Positions 9,077 through 17,678 of a DNA stretch of 52,229 nt are shown piece by piece. Below the pieces are notes generated by a model. The model was not told the DNA's origin, made no database searches, and saw nothing but the letters and a program-made list of their open reading frames with translations. Position 1 is the first letter of the stretch, and every line of letters begins with the position of its first letter. Origin of the DNA: a virus (taxonomy: Duplodnaviria; Caudoviricetes). The stretch is taken from positions 1-52,229 of the IMG/VR virus record IMGVR_UViG_3300049564_000091, one strand, 5' to 3'. The translations under genes were made by a program, and so were the position numbers.

Positions 9077-11901
9077 GGCTCTTTCACTTTGGCGAGCTGC
9101 TGGCGCAGCTTGGCGGAATCCAGGCTGGGCGCGTGCTTCACGATATGCTCGTGGAGCGTATCCATCAGGCTTTCGCTCTCCTTCGTGCGCTTGTAATCCT
9201 TGGAGGCCTTCACCACGATGGCGAAGCGCTCCTCGCGGCCCATCCTGGCCTTCGGATTGCTCGCTGACCAAACGGCATCAAGCACGCCCTCGATCTGATG
9301 CTCATAAGCGCCGCTCTGATGCGGCGCCATCTTGCTCCCATGTACGATATCGCGCGCGAGGACCTCGGTGGTGACCTCCTCGGCCGTGCGGCCTTCGCCC
9401 TTGTAGAGGCTCTCGCCATAGCGACCGCGATTATGCATCGGGCCGAAGCTGTGCAGCTCCTCGTGCACCAGGATGAGTGAGGCTCGCTGATGCAGGCGGG
9501 CCTCGTTGGCCGCCACCTGCGTGCCGTGAATCTGGTCCTGCAAGCGGCTCGATTCCTTTTGGAGCCGCGCTGATTCTTCCTTGCTGATACCGGGCTGGCG
9601 CATCGCAGCGCTCACTTTGTTGCGCTGGGCGACGAGCCCTCGCTCTGCGTCCTCGGCCTCTGCGACAGTCTTTTTCGGCGGTGAGCGCAGCCTCTGGGCT
9701 TGCGCCGAATCGAGCACGATTCGGCCCTTGTCATTGTAGCCGCCCCAGCCCTGCTTCTGACTGTTGAGATCCTGATCCGAAATCCCGTAGTGCTTCGCCG
9801 GCCGCTGTGTGACGCCGAGATAGCCCTTCACCATGCCTGTCGTCGCCGCCATGCCCGCCAGCAGCGAGCCCTCGTTGGCAGCCATGGCGGAGGCGATCGT
9901 CGCGCTCGCATCGGGCGTGCCGCTGGCCTTCGCCTCGGCCTCGACCTCCTTCTTGGCCTTCGCCTCGGCCGCTCGCTTCTCGTTCGCCTCGGCCAATTTC
10001 TTGACCTTGTTCGCCTCGCGCGTCGCTTTGGCCTTCGCCGCCTTCGCTGCCTTCTTGCCCGCAGCATCGGCGGCCTTCTTGGCCTCGGCCTCGCCCTTCG
10101 CCTTGATCGCGCCGCGCATAGCGCCGAGCGATTTCCCGAGGGCCTCATCGACGGCGCCCTTCGCCGCTCGCTTCTCGGCCGTCTCGCTCGCGCGCTGGGC
10201 CTTCGCCGCCTTCAGCTGCAGCTTGATGTCGCGCTCGTAGGCGAGCGCCGCCTTCTGGATCGGCATCCCGTAGCGCTGGACGAGCTTCTGCTGCAGCGCC
10301 ACGACGGCGGCGTTCTTGCCGCTCGCGAGGCTGCCGCGGATGGCTGCGAGCGCCTCGGCCTTGCCGCCGCTGGCTCCGCCGCCTGATGTCCATTGACCGC
10401 CTCGAGGCGAGCCCGCCGGTACGCGCGCCTGGGCATCCTGCCGCCCGCTATCGCCGCGCGCTTTTGGGCCGGTGCCTTCGCTGTCGCCCTCCGCATCAGG
10501 CCCAGCATCAGGCGGCAGCTCGGGCGGCGGCGGCGTATTCACCTCGCGCGGCCTCGCGCCCTCGGCCTGATCAGCCTCGGCCAGCTTGGTGCGCGCCTCG
10601 ACATCGATGCTCGGGAAATCGGGCGCGAGCGCGAGCCCTGCTTCGGCGTCCGTCATCACGTTCCCGGTCACCAGCGCGACGTAGGTGTCGGCGATCACCT
10701 TCTTGGTCTCGGCCACCTCCTTGTCCGTGGGCTGCCATAGCGGGTTGAATTCGATGCACCATTGTTCGGGCAGCGTGCCGCGCGTGGGCGAATCCTTCGC
10801 CAAAAACATCAGCGTGAGCAGCCGCTCGAGGCGCGGCTTTAGCTCATCGCTCTGGGCCTCCACCACGGTGTCGTACCAGCCGCGGATGTCGCTCTCGCCC
10901 GTCGCATTCATGCCCGCCGGCGAGCGGCCGTAGAGCAGCGTCACGGGCATGCCGTCCGAGGCCGCTGACATCCGCATCATGAGCTTGTCGAGCACCTCGG
11001 GCAGGCCGGCGAAGCTGGTCGAGACGCGCTCGAAGGATTCCTTCTCGGCATCGACCAGGATGGAGCGGCAGACGCTGCGGGCGAGGTCCATCAGCTGGAT
11101 GCGCGAGCGCAGCGTCTCCTGCCCGCCCGCCGCCACCAGGTCCACGAGATTGGCGATCTTCAAGACGCCCTGGCTGGCGTCGGTCATCAGATGCGCCACC
11201 GATTGCCATGCCGTCGCCGTCTGCTGCAGCGCCGCATAGGCGGCCTGCAGCACGGAGTCATCGAAGCCCGTGGGCGATTCGATGGCCATCTGCGCCGTGA
11301 GAGCGCCATCGAATAGAATCAGCCGAGACTCATGCACCAGGAGGCCTTGCTGGGGCGCGAGGAAGCCGCTGCCCTGGCTGATGGAGTAGATCTCCGGCTC
11401 GCCGTATTTCGGCTCTCGCAAGTCGGCGTAGCGCGAGTGAATCGAGAGCTGCGGGCGCTTCAGCACGTTCAGGAATTTGATCGTGCGGATCGCCGCCTCA
11501 TTGAGCGGCTGATCGACGAGCTGGCCATCATCGGCGCCCACGAAGACGCCCGAGCCTCCGCCGTAGAGCCGCGCCCAGATCCAGCCATCGCGCAGCTTCG
11601 GCATCGCCTCGAGCTTCGAAAACGCCACCTGCATCTCGCGGTCGACATCCGCGGGCGCCTCTTCCTCCTCATCGCCCTCGAGCTCCAGGTAGAAGCCTCG
11701 CCGCGTGGCCTCGCGCGGCAGCTTCGAAACGATGCGCCTGGCCACGTCATCATCATTGAAAAGCGCCTCGAGCTGCGGGTCCTGCAGCTTGGCGCCGGCC
11801 ATCACCTGCGCGTGCATCAGCTTGTCGCGCAGCGTCCCCAGCCCGGTCATCGCATTGACCCAGGAATCGGCGCGCGCGACCAGCTCTCGGACAATGCTCA
11901 T
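9073..11901 (-). CDS. Portal protein (DUF1073-like) fused to a C-terminal HEXXH metallopeptidase-like domain
   Basis: N-terminal about 450 aa: ARLYGGG, HESRL, PVTLLYGRSPAGMNATGESD, FNPLWQ. C-terminal: HEELH (aa 813-817) and EEVTTE (aa 841-846). Confidence 0.85.
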   Translation of the reverse strand: MSIVRELVARADSWVNAMTGLGTLRDKLMHAQVMAGAKLQDPQLEALFNDDDVARRIVSKLPREATRRGFYLELEGDEEEEAPADVDREMQVAFSKLEAMPKLRDGWIWARLYGGGSGVFVGADDGQLVDQPLNEAAIRTIKFLNVLKRPQLSIHSRYADLREPKYGEPEIYSISQGSGFLAPQQGLLVHESRLILFDGALTAQMAIESPTGFDDSVLQAAYAALQQTATAWQSVAHLMTDASQGVLKIANLVDLVAAGGQETLRSRIQLMDLARSVCRSILVDAEKESFERVSTSFAGLPEVLDKLMMRMSAASDGMPVTLLYGRSPAGMNATGESDIRGWYDTVVEAQSDELKPRLERLLTLMFLAKDSPTRGTLPEQWCIEFNPLWQPTDKEVAETKKVIADTYVALVTGNVMTDAEAGLALAPDFPSIDVEARTKLAEADQAEGARPREVNTPPPPELPPDAGPDAEGDSEGTGPKARGDSGRQDAQARVPAGSPRGGQWTSGGGASGGKAEALAAIRGSLASGKNAAVVALQQKLVQRYGMPIQKAALAYERDIKLQLKAAKAQRASETAEKRAAKGAVDEALGKSLGAMRGAIKAKGEAEAKKAADAAGKKAAKAAKAKATREANKVKKLAEANEKRAAEAKAKKEVEAEAKASGTPDASATIASAMAANEGSLLAGMAATTGMVKGYLGVTQRPAKHYGISDQDLNSQKQGWGGYNDKGRIVLDSAQAQRLRSPPKKTVAEAEDAERGLVAQRNKVSAAMRQPGISKEESARLQKESSRLQDQIHGTQVAANEARLHQRASLILVHEELHSFGPMHNRGRYGESLYKGEGRTAEEVTTEVLARDIVHGSKMAPHQSGAYEHQIEGVLDAVWSASNPKARMGREERFAIVVKASKDYKRTKESESLMDTLHEHIVKHAPSLDSAKLRQQLAKVKEP

Positions 11902-12000
11902 CTAGAGCACCCACGCAAGGAGCCCGGTCGCCGCAGCGCCGAGCAGCAGCCCGGCGATGAGCCCGAACCAAAACAGCGGCGTAAAATCCATGCTGCCCAT
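11902..12000 (-). CDS. 32-aa single-TM peptide between terminase and portal
   Basis: MGSMDFTPLFWFGLIAGLLLGAAATGLLAWVL; TGATG overlap with TerL; TAG abuts the portal ATG. Confidence 0.55.
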   Translation of the reverse strand: MGSMDFTPLFWFGLIAGLLLGAAATGLLAWVL

Positions 12001-13520
12001 CAGCCCAGCGCCGTCAGCTCCAGCGAGACGTTCGCCATTGCCTTCTGGTATGCGAGCACGCCGGCTTTCGCAAGCCCGCCGAATGCGCGCGAGCAGGCAT
12101 CCACGATGTCCTTGTGCCGGCCATCCGGAAAGGCCTCCATCTCGGTGAAAAACTCATCGTTCCATGGGCCTGCGAGCACATCGACGTTGCCCGCCTCCGC
12201 CTGCGTGCTGAATGGACCGGCGTAGACGATCTTGTCCTCGCGGGCGACCTCGCTCTCGACGTGGAAGCCCATCAGGAAGCCCTTCGTCAGCTGGACATCG
12301 ACTTTGCCTGCCTGGGCCGGATCTTGCCAAAGCAGCACCTTCGTGCGCTGCGTGTCCTGGTGCGCGATGTTCCGCATGGTCTCGAGGACCTTCTGCGGCG
12401 AGCCGCGCAGCGATTCGAGATGAGCAACCACGATGCGCCCGGAGCGCGTCATTCCCATTTTCACCCCGCGGGTCCAGGCCGGATCGGGGTTCTCCGCCGT
12501 GGGCTGCGTGGCTGCTTTGTCCCAGGCCCGCACCCATTGCACCACATCGCTGGGCAGCGCCTCGATCACCCGAAACCAGCCGCGCCGAAAATACAGGCCC
12601 GCCGCAGGCTTGATCCGCCAGTTGCCGCCCTGGCCTTTCCCCAGCAGGCGCTCGCGCTCGACGAGCGGCAGCGCCATCAGCCTCGCGCGATAGCCCGGAT
12701 CGAGCTTCAGCAAGATCTTGTTGTCGGCCAGCTTGCCGAGGATGAAGGTAAAGCTGGTCGGCGGGTCGAGCTGCTCGGGATAGCGCGCGCGCAGCTCCTC
12801 CACGGTGTCGGCCCACTGCAGCGTCTCATTGTCGCGATAGAAATAGCGGATGATGCCCGAGCGCTCAGGCCGCGCGTATTCGCCTCGGTCGTCGAGCCAC
12901 CAGGCGATCATTTTCTTGACCCAGCTATCCGGATCAGGGTTCATCGTGCCGCGGATGTACGACCGCACGCCGCTGGTGGAGCGGCAGCGGCTGAACAGGT
13001 ACCAAAACTGCCCTTCGGTGAAGTGCGTCAGCTCATCGAAGCCAATGAAGCTGTAGCCCTTGCCCTGATGCGCGAGCTTGCTCGTCTCGTACTGCAGATG
13101 CCCCAGCTGCACCGAGGCGCCGCTCGGGAATACGGCCTTGAACACCGGCGACTCGGTGAGTCGGGCTCCGAGCGACGGGTACCAGTCGCGCATCAGCTCC
13201 CAAAGCGAACCGGGGCCTTCGAGCTGCGGCGAGGTGCGGCGGAACATGATGCCGCCGGCCCGAGGCACGTCATGGCATCGCAGGCCCTCGAGGACGAGCC
13301 CGGCCGTCTTCGAGCTGCCCGCCTCGCCGCCGTAGAACACGATATCGGCGCGCGAAGCGAGGAAGCGCTCCTGCGAGCCGGGCTGCGGGCCGATGCGCAG
13401 CGGCGCTTTGGCAGCAGGCGCCGGGCGCCGCTCAGCTTTCGTCCGCCTCTTCCGGCCGCCGCCCATTGGCCGGGAGATAGAATTGGACGGTTGTGGCTCC
13501 ATCATTGTGCTCGCCGCCAT
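12000..13520 (-). CDS. terL: Terminase large subunit (start uncertain)
   Basis: PQPGSQ..F, YGGEAGSSKT Walker A variant, IGFDELTHF Walker B, TMNPD, WDKAAT, FPDGRHKDIVDA. Confidence 0.92.
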   Translation of the reverse strand: MAASTMMEPQPSNSISRPMGGGRKRRTKAERRPAPAAKAPLRIGPQPGSQERFLASRADIVFYGGEAGSSKTAGLVLEGLRCHDVPRAGGIMFRRTSPQLEGPGSLWELMRDWYPSLGARLTESPVFKAVFPSGASVQLGHLQYETSKLAHQGKGYSFIGFDELTHFTEGQFWYLFSRCRSTSGVRSYIRGTMNPDPDSWVKKMIAWWLDDRGEYARPERSGIIRYFYRDNETLQWADTVEELRARYPEQLDPPTSFTFILGKLADNKILLKLDPGYRARLMALPLVERERLLGKGQGGNWRIKPAAGLYFRRGWFRVIEALPSDVVQWVRAWDKAATQPTAENPDPAWTRGVKMGMTRSGRIVVAHLESLRGSPQKVLETMRNIAHQDTQRTKVLLWQDPAQAGKVDVQLTKGFLMGFHVESEVAREDKIVYAGPFSTQAEAGNVDVLAGPWNDEFFTEMEAFPDGRHKDIVDACSRAFGGLAKAGVLAYQKAMANVSLELTALG

Positions 13521-13893
13521 TGGCTGCGCCCGGCCGCATGGTCACCGAGGCTGCCGCCTGCATCGCCGCCTGCCCGTAGAGCTTCGGGTACTTGCGCTCG
13601 AGGTTCCAGGCCGCCGCCTTCCAGTCGCCGCCGTGATGCCGCACCGCAGCGGTGCTCACCACGGCCTGGTTGCGGATGGCATCCTCCGCTTGGACTTTGC
13701 GGACCTCGAGGGCGAAGGCCTGGTAGCGCCGGTCGCCTGCGAGGCCTTTTTCGACCCAATCCTTGGCGGCCTCGACGCTCACCTGGGCGGCCTCGGCCGC
13801 ATGCGTGAGAAAAGCGCCTGACTTGAGGTGCTTCACGATGGTGGCGTGGACCTCGGCGTTGTAGCGCGGCCTGCCCGATCTGCGGCTGCCCAT
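13432..13893 (-). CDS. Terminase small subunit
   Basis: GRPRYN...HTH-like N-terminus, DWKAAAWNLERKYP motif; directly upstream of TerL. Confidence 0.75.
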   Translation of the reverse strand: MGSRRSGRPRYNAEVHATIVKHLKSGAFLTHAAEAAQVSVEAAKDWVEKGLAGDRRYQAFALEVRKVQAEDAIRNQAVVSTAAVRHHGGDWKAAAWNLERKYPKLYGQAAMQAAASVTMRPGAANGGEHNDGATTVQFYLPANGRRPEEADES

Positions 13894-15297
13894 TCACGGC
13901 CTCGCCCGAAGGATAGCAGGCCTGCGCAGGACCAGAAGATCCTCCACATCGCTCGCCTCGCGGTCATGCAGGCTGCGCGCCGGCCCGAGCTGGATGGAGC
14001 GCGGCTCGACCTCGGCGCCTGCTGCTCGAGCGATGCGGGCGGCATCCTTCGCCAGCGCTAGCTCGCCGTGGTTGCTCACGTTCAGGACAAAGCAGCAGCC
14101 CGGGCGCAGCGCCGCGAGCGTGCGCAGGATGAGCGGCGCGAAAAAGCCCGAGAGCCAAGTCGCGTAATCCGGATAGCGCTGCTCGGCCTGCTCCGCATCG
14201 CTGCCGTAATGCTCCAGCGTGAAGTAGGGCGGCGAGGTGAAGGCAAAGTCGAAGCTCGCGGGCTCGAGGGCGACATCCTCGAAAGCGGCATGCTTCACCT
14301 CGGCGTGCTCGATTCCCAGCTGATCGATCATGAGCCAGAAGCCCTCGCAGGTTTTCCTGCTCGCGTCGTAGCCCTCATAGCGCCCGCCCTGCCGCGCGCA
14401 GAGCCAGCCGAGCAAGCGCCCGCCCCAGCCCGCGCAAGGATCCAGCACCGCAGCCTCTGGGCCCGCAAACTCCCGGTAGATGTCTCGAGCAGCATCAATC
14501 GGAAACTGCCGAGCGCATTGCCCGCCATGCGTCAGGCAGATGTGGTTCAGCAGCTCGGCCGTGCTTCCCCAGCAATGCATCACGCCCGTGCCCATCCTCG
14601 AGGCCGCCCGGATCATCTCGGGCATCGCCAGCTGCTGGTTCGGCGTGTATCGCGTCGCGCCCGCCAGCGTATCGTAGCGATGCGGAAACCAGCGGTCGGT
14701 GATGGTCGAGAGCGCCGCCGCTCGGCCTGCCGCGCAGCGATTGAGCGCGACCATCGCATCGGGCAGCAGGCGCGCGAAATCGGCGTGGCGCTTTCCCAGC
14801 AGCGCTTCGACCATCGCATCGGCCAGGCGCTCGCGGCTGAAAAGGTCGAATTGCGGCAGGCCATCGCCCTCCTCCTCGGGCTCGAGGCCGGTCTCGAGCT
14901 CCTGCAGATCCGCGCCGCTCCAGCCAGCTAACAGCGCCTCGCTGGAATCATAGCCGCCTAACACCTCTAACAGCTGGGCCTCATCCCAGTCAGCCAGCTC
15001 GCCTAATCGATTGTCAGCAAGCGCCAGCAACCGCGCCTCATGCTCGTCGAGGTCCATGTAGCGCACCGGCACCAGATCGAGCTTGAGCTGGCGCGCCGCC
15101 TTCCAGCGCGTATGCCCAGCGATAATCTCGCCCGTGGCCTTCCTCGCCACGATGGGCGCAGCGAAGCCGAAGCGCTTGATCGACTCGGCGACCTTCTCGA
15201 CGGGCTCGCCATCGTTCTTGCGCGGATTGCCCGCCCAGGGCTGCAGCTTGGAAGGATGCACCCACTGGGCGGCATGCTCGGTGATCGGTCTCGGCAT
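13894..15297 (-). CDS. ParB-like N-terminal domain fused to an amino-type DNA methyltransferase
   Basis: NPRKN...SIKRFGF...IIAGHTRW...DNRLGE, then VLDPCAGWGGR (motif I) and FTSPPYF (motif IV). Confidence 0.85.
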   Translation of the reverse strand: MPRPITEHAAQWVHPSKLQPWAGNPRKNDGEPVEKVAESIKRFGFAAPIVARKATGEIIAGHTRWKAARQLKLDLVPVRYMDLDEHEARLLALADNRLGELADWDEAQLLEVLGGYDSSEALLAGWSGADLQELETGLEPEEEGDGLPQFDLFSRERLADAMVEALLGKRHADFARLLPDAMVALNRCAAGRAAALSTITDRWFPHRYDTLAGATRYTPNQQLAMPEMIRAASRMGTGVMHCWGSTAELLNHICLTHGGQCARQFPIDAARDIYREFAGPEAAVLDPCAGWGGRLLGWLCARQGGRYEGYDASRKTCEGFWLMIDQLGIEHAEVKHAAFEDVALEPASFDFAFTSPPYFTLEHYGSDAEQAEQRYPDYATWLSGFFAPLILRTLAALRPGCCFVLNVSNHGELALAKDAARIARAAGAEVEPRSIQLGPARSLHDREASDVEDLLVLRRPAILRARP

Positions 15298-16031
15298 CAG
15301 GCCCCCACGTTCCAGATCAGCGCGCCCGGCGCTGCATGCGCTTGCACGAAGCGCCAGACTTTCGCGTCGTAGTTGCTGCAGCTCGGATAGGGCGGCGGCA
15401 GCTGCGCGTCTTGGTCATAGCGCTCCGGCGCCACGTGCAGCTGCGCCGCGCCGATATCGGGCCGAGCGCCCACCTGCACCGCATGGAAGCTTGCTTCCGG
15501 CCAGGCGAGCTGCAGCCCGCGAATCAGCGTGCCGCTGCCCGCGCAGGCCCAGACCTCGCTCGGCGCCGGATCGATGCAGCGCGCAGCGGCGGCGAAGAGC
15601 TTCAGCGCCGCAGGCATATCGACGCCCCAGGGCACCAGGTAGGCGCCGCGCACGGCGGCATAGCCTCGAGCATGAGCATTCACCACGCTCAGGCGGCCGA
15701 ACTTCACCAGCGAAATCCGCGCGCCGATGCGCAGCGCCTCCGCCGTGCGCTTGTGCAGCTGCTTGGATTCCGCCACGAAGATCACCGCCTGCTTGCCCAA
15801 CATCGCGCAGGCATGCGCGACGGCAATCTGGGCATAGCCCGAGGCCGGCGAGCCATAGACGACCTCCTGCTGCTCGAGGGCGCTCAGCAGCGGCAGCAGC
15901 ACGCGAAGCTTGCTGCCGCCGGGCAAATGATCATCGCGTACAATCCGGAACCCATCGACGAGCTCCACGATGGGTTCCGGCAGGTCGCCGGCCGCGGTAA
16001 AGGGACGCGCGCGCGAACCGGTATTCCTCAT
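15297..16031 (-). CDS. PLP-dependent enzyme (fold type II; cysteine synthase/ACC deaminase-like)
   Basis: RDDHLPGGSKLR (PLP lysine), SGYAQIAVA, WACAGSGTL phosphate loop, NYDAKVW. Confidence 0.8.
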   Translation of the reverse strand: MRNTGSRARPFTAAGDLPEPIVELVDGFRIVRDDHLPGGSKLRVLLPLLSALEQQEVVYGSPASGYAQIAVAHACAMLGKQAVIFVAESKQLHKRTAEALRIGARISLVKFGRLSVVNAHARGYAAVRGAYLVPWGVDMPAALKLFAAAARCIDPAPSEVWACAGSGTLIRGLQLAWPEASFHAVQVGARPDIGAAQLHVAPERYDQDAQLPPPYPSCSNYDAKVWRFVQAHAAPGALIWNVGA

Positions 16032-16549
16032 TTCCGAGCCTCGCGCTTCGCATGCGCCGCGAGGAGCTTCTCCGACATGTAGCGCCCGCAGTATGGGCAG
16101 CGGTTTTCCTGCTTGTTAGGCAGCTTCTCGGGCGGCGGCTCATCGGGCGCGAGCGCCGCGAGATCCGCATCATCCCAGCCTGCGACCATGGCCTCGGAGG
16201 CGTCGTAGGCGGCGAGCGCGCTCACCAGGTCGGGCACATCCCAGTCGGCCAGCTCGCCCAGGCGATTGTCGGTGAGGGCGAGCAGCCGCGCCTCGCGCTC
16301 GCCCAGGTCGAGGAAGCGCACGGGGACCTCGGGCAGCTTGAGCTTGATCGCCGCCTTCCAGCGCGTATGCCCAGCGATGATCTCGCGCGTCTCGAGCCGC
16401 GCGACAATCGGCGCGGCGAAGCCGAAGCGCTTGATCGATTCCATGACGCGCTCGACCGGCTCGCCGTCGTTCTTGCGCGGGTTTTGTGGCCAGGGCTTGA
16501 GCGAGCCCGGATCGACCATCTCGGCCGCAATGGCGCCGTGGTTGGTCAT
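16028..16549 (-). CDS. Stand-alone ParB/Srx-like protein with a C-terminal CPxCG zinc knuckle
   Basis: Close paralogue of the N-terminus of 13894..15297 (NPRKNDGEPVE, IIAGHTRW); CPYCG. Confidence 0.85.
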   Translation of the reverse strand: MTNHGAIAAEMVDPGSLKPWPQNPRKNDGEPVERVMESIKRFGFAAPIVARLETREIIAGHTRWKAAIKLKLPEVPVRFLDLGEREARLLALTDNRLGELADWDVPDLVSALAAYDASEAMVAGWDDADLAALAPDEPPPEKLPNKQENRCPYCGRYMSEKLLAAHAKREARK

Positions 16550-16755
16550 TTCGCGTCCTCCGAGTCAGGCGGCGTCCAGTTTTGCAGCATGAGCTGCGCG
16601 CGTTGCTGCGGCGTCATCGGCTCCTCGCGCTCCATGAAATACGCCTTCAGCCCGAGGCATGGCATGCGCGGCTGTGGCTCATGCGGCGCGCGCGCATCCA
16701 AGTGCTCGCCGTAAGCCTTGCCGCACCAGCGACAGATCGCCTCCGGGCGCATCAC
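16546..16755 (-). CDS. Small Cys/His-containing hypothetical protein
   Basis: CRWCG...H...C; coupled overlaps with neighbours. Confidence 0.55.
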   Translation of the reverse strand: MMRPEAICRWCGKAYGEHLDARAPHEPQPRMPCLGLKAYFMEREEPMTPQQRAQLMLQNWTPPDSEDAK

Positions 16756-16982
16756 GGCGACCGCTCGCGGCCGAAGCGCGCCTCGATTGCGATTTCGCGC
16801 GCGGCGATGAGCGCCGCATCAAGCGCGGCTTCGGCTTCGACCCTCGTGGCGAATGTCCCCACGTGCCGGCCATGCAGCCGCGCGTGAAAGCGCAGCTCGC
16901 CCGATGCGAGCTGGCGCGTGGCAATGCCGCCGGCGTTGTTGGCTCGCCGCCCAGTGCCGCCCGGGATACCGCGCGCCGTCAC
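16752..16982 (-). CDS. AP2/integrase arm-binding-like small protein
   Basis: FHARLHGRHVGTFATRVEAEAALDAAL resembles the N-terminus of this phage's integrase. Confidence 0.55.
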   Translation of the reverse strand: MTARGIPGGTGRRANNAGGIATRQLASGELRFHARLHGRHVGTFATRVEAEAALDAALIAAREIAIEARFGRERSP

Positions 16983-17278
16983 AGCGCCTCCTCGATCGAG
17001 CGCTCGATCCGCAGCTTCAGGCCGTCGTCATCCACGAAGGCGCTGAATTTGATCCGGCCGAGATAGCCCGAGCGCCCTTCGCTCCAGGCATCCTCGGCCT
17101 GCCGCTCGCAATCCTCGATCCAGCGCGAGAGTGCGCGGCGCGCCTGTATGGCATCGCGCGGGTCGAGCTTGATCTCCTCGGCCACGTTCAGCTGGATCGG
17201 TTTCCCATCGATGCGCAGCTCCACGTCGCCGAACACCATGTTCTTCTGCTCCTCGTTCGCCATGGCCCCATCCTCCAT
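16979..17278 (-). CDS. Hypothetical protein
   Basis: ORF in a coupled minus-strand array; start uncertain. Confidence 0.55.
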   Translation of the reverse strand: MEDGAMANEEQKNMVFGDVELRIDGKPIQLNVAEEIKLDPRDAIQARRALSRWIEDCERQAEDAWSEGRSGYLGRIKFSAFVDDDGLKLRIERSIEEAL

Positions 17279-17279
17279 T

Positions 17280-17678
17280 TCACTTGTCTCGCCGCGTCGC
17301 GAAAATGCGCCGCGTCTTGCCTCGCCGATACTCAGCCTCGAATCCATGCCGCGCGATCGCCCGCATGCGGCAGCGCTTGCAGCTCTGCGGGCGCTGCGCG
17401 TTGTAGGTCGATTGCCGCATCACGCGGCGCTCGCCGCAGCCGCACTCGACCTCGAGATGCTTCTCGCCATGCCGCACGAAACTCCTCACGATCCGCATCT
17501 GGCGCGGCTCCGCTCGGCACTTCGCGCGCTTCTCGACGCAGGGCTTGCAGAGGCCCGCATAGCGCCGCAGCGGCTCGAGGGCCGCTTCGCAGTCGCGGCA
17601 ATGCGTGGGCGTCGCCGGCACCGGCTTCAGCTCGAACGCAAAGTGGCCTCGATCCGCCTGCGGCGCCTCGCTTGCCAT
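17280..17678 (-). CDS. Zinc-finger protein
   Basis: CRDC, CKPC, CGCG and CKRC pairs. Confidence 0.55.
   Translation of the reverse strand: MASEAPQADRGHFAFELKPVPATPTHCRDCEAALEPLRRYAGLCKPCVEKRAKCRAEPRQMRIVRSFVRHGEKHLEVECGCGERRVMRQSTYNAQRPQSCKRCRMRAIARHGFEAEYRRGKTRRIFATRRDK

Noticed and set aside
9073-11901. Anti-CBASS Acb1 activity sometimes attached to DUF1073 annotations
   Set aside because: No paired HxT/S 2H-phosphoesterase domain recognised; the extension has a HEXXH motif instead
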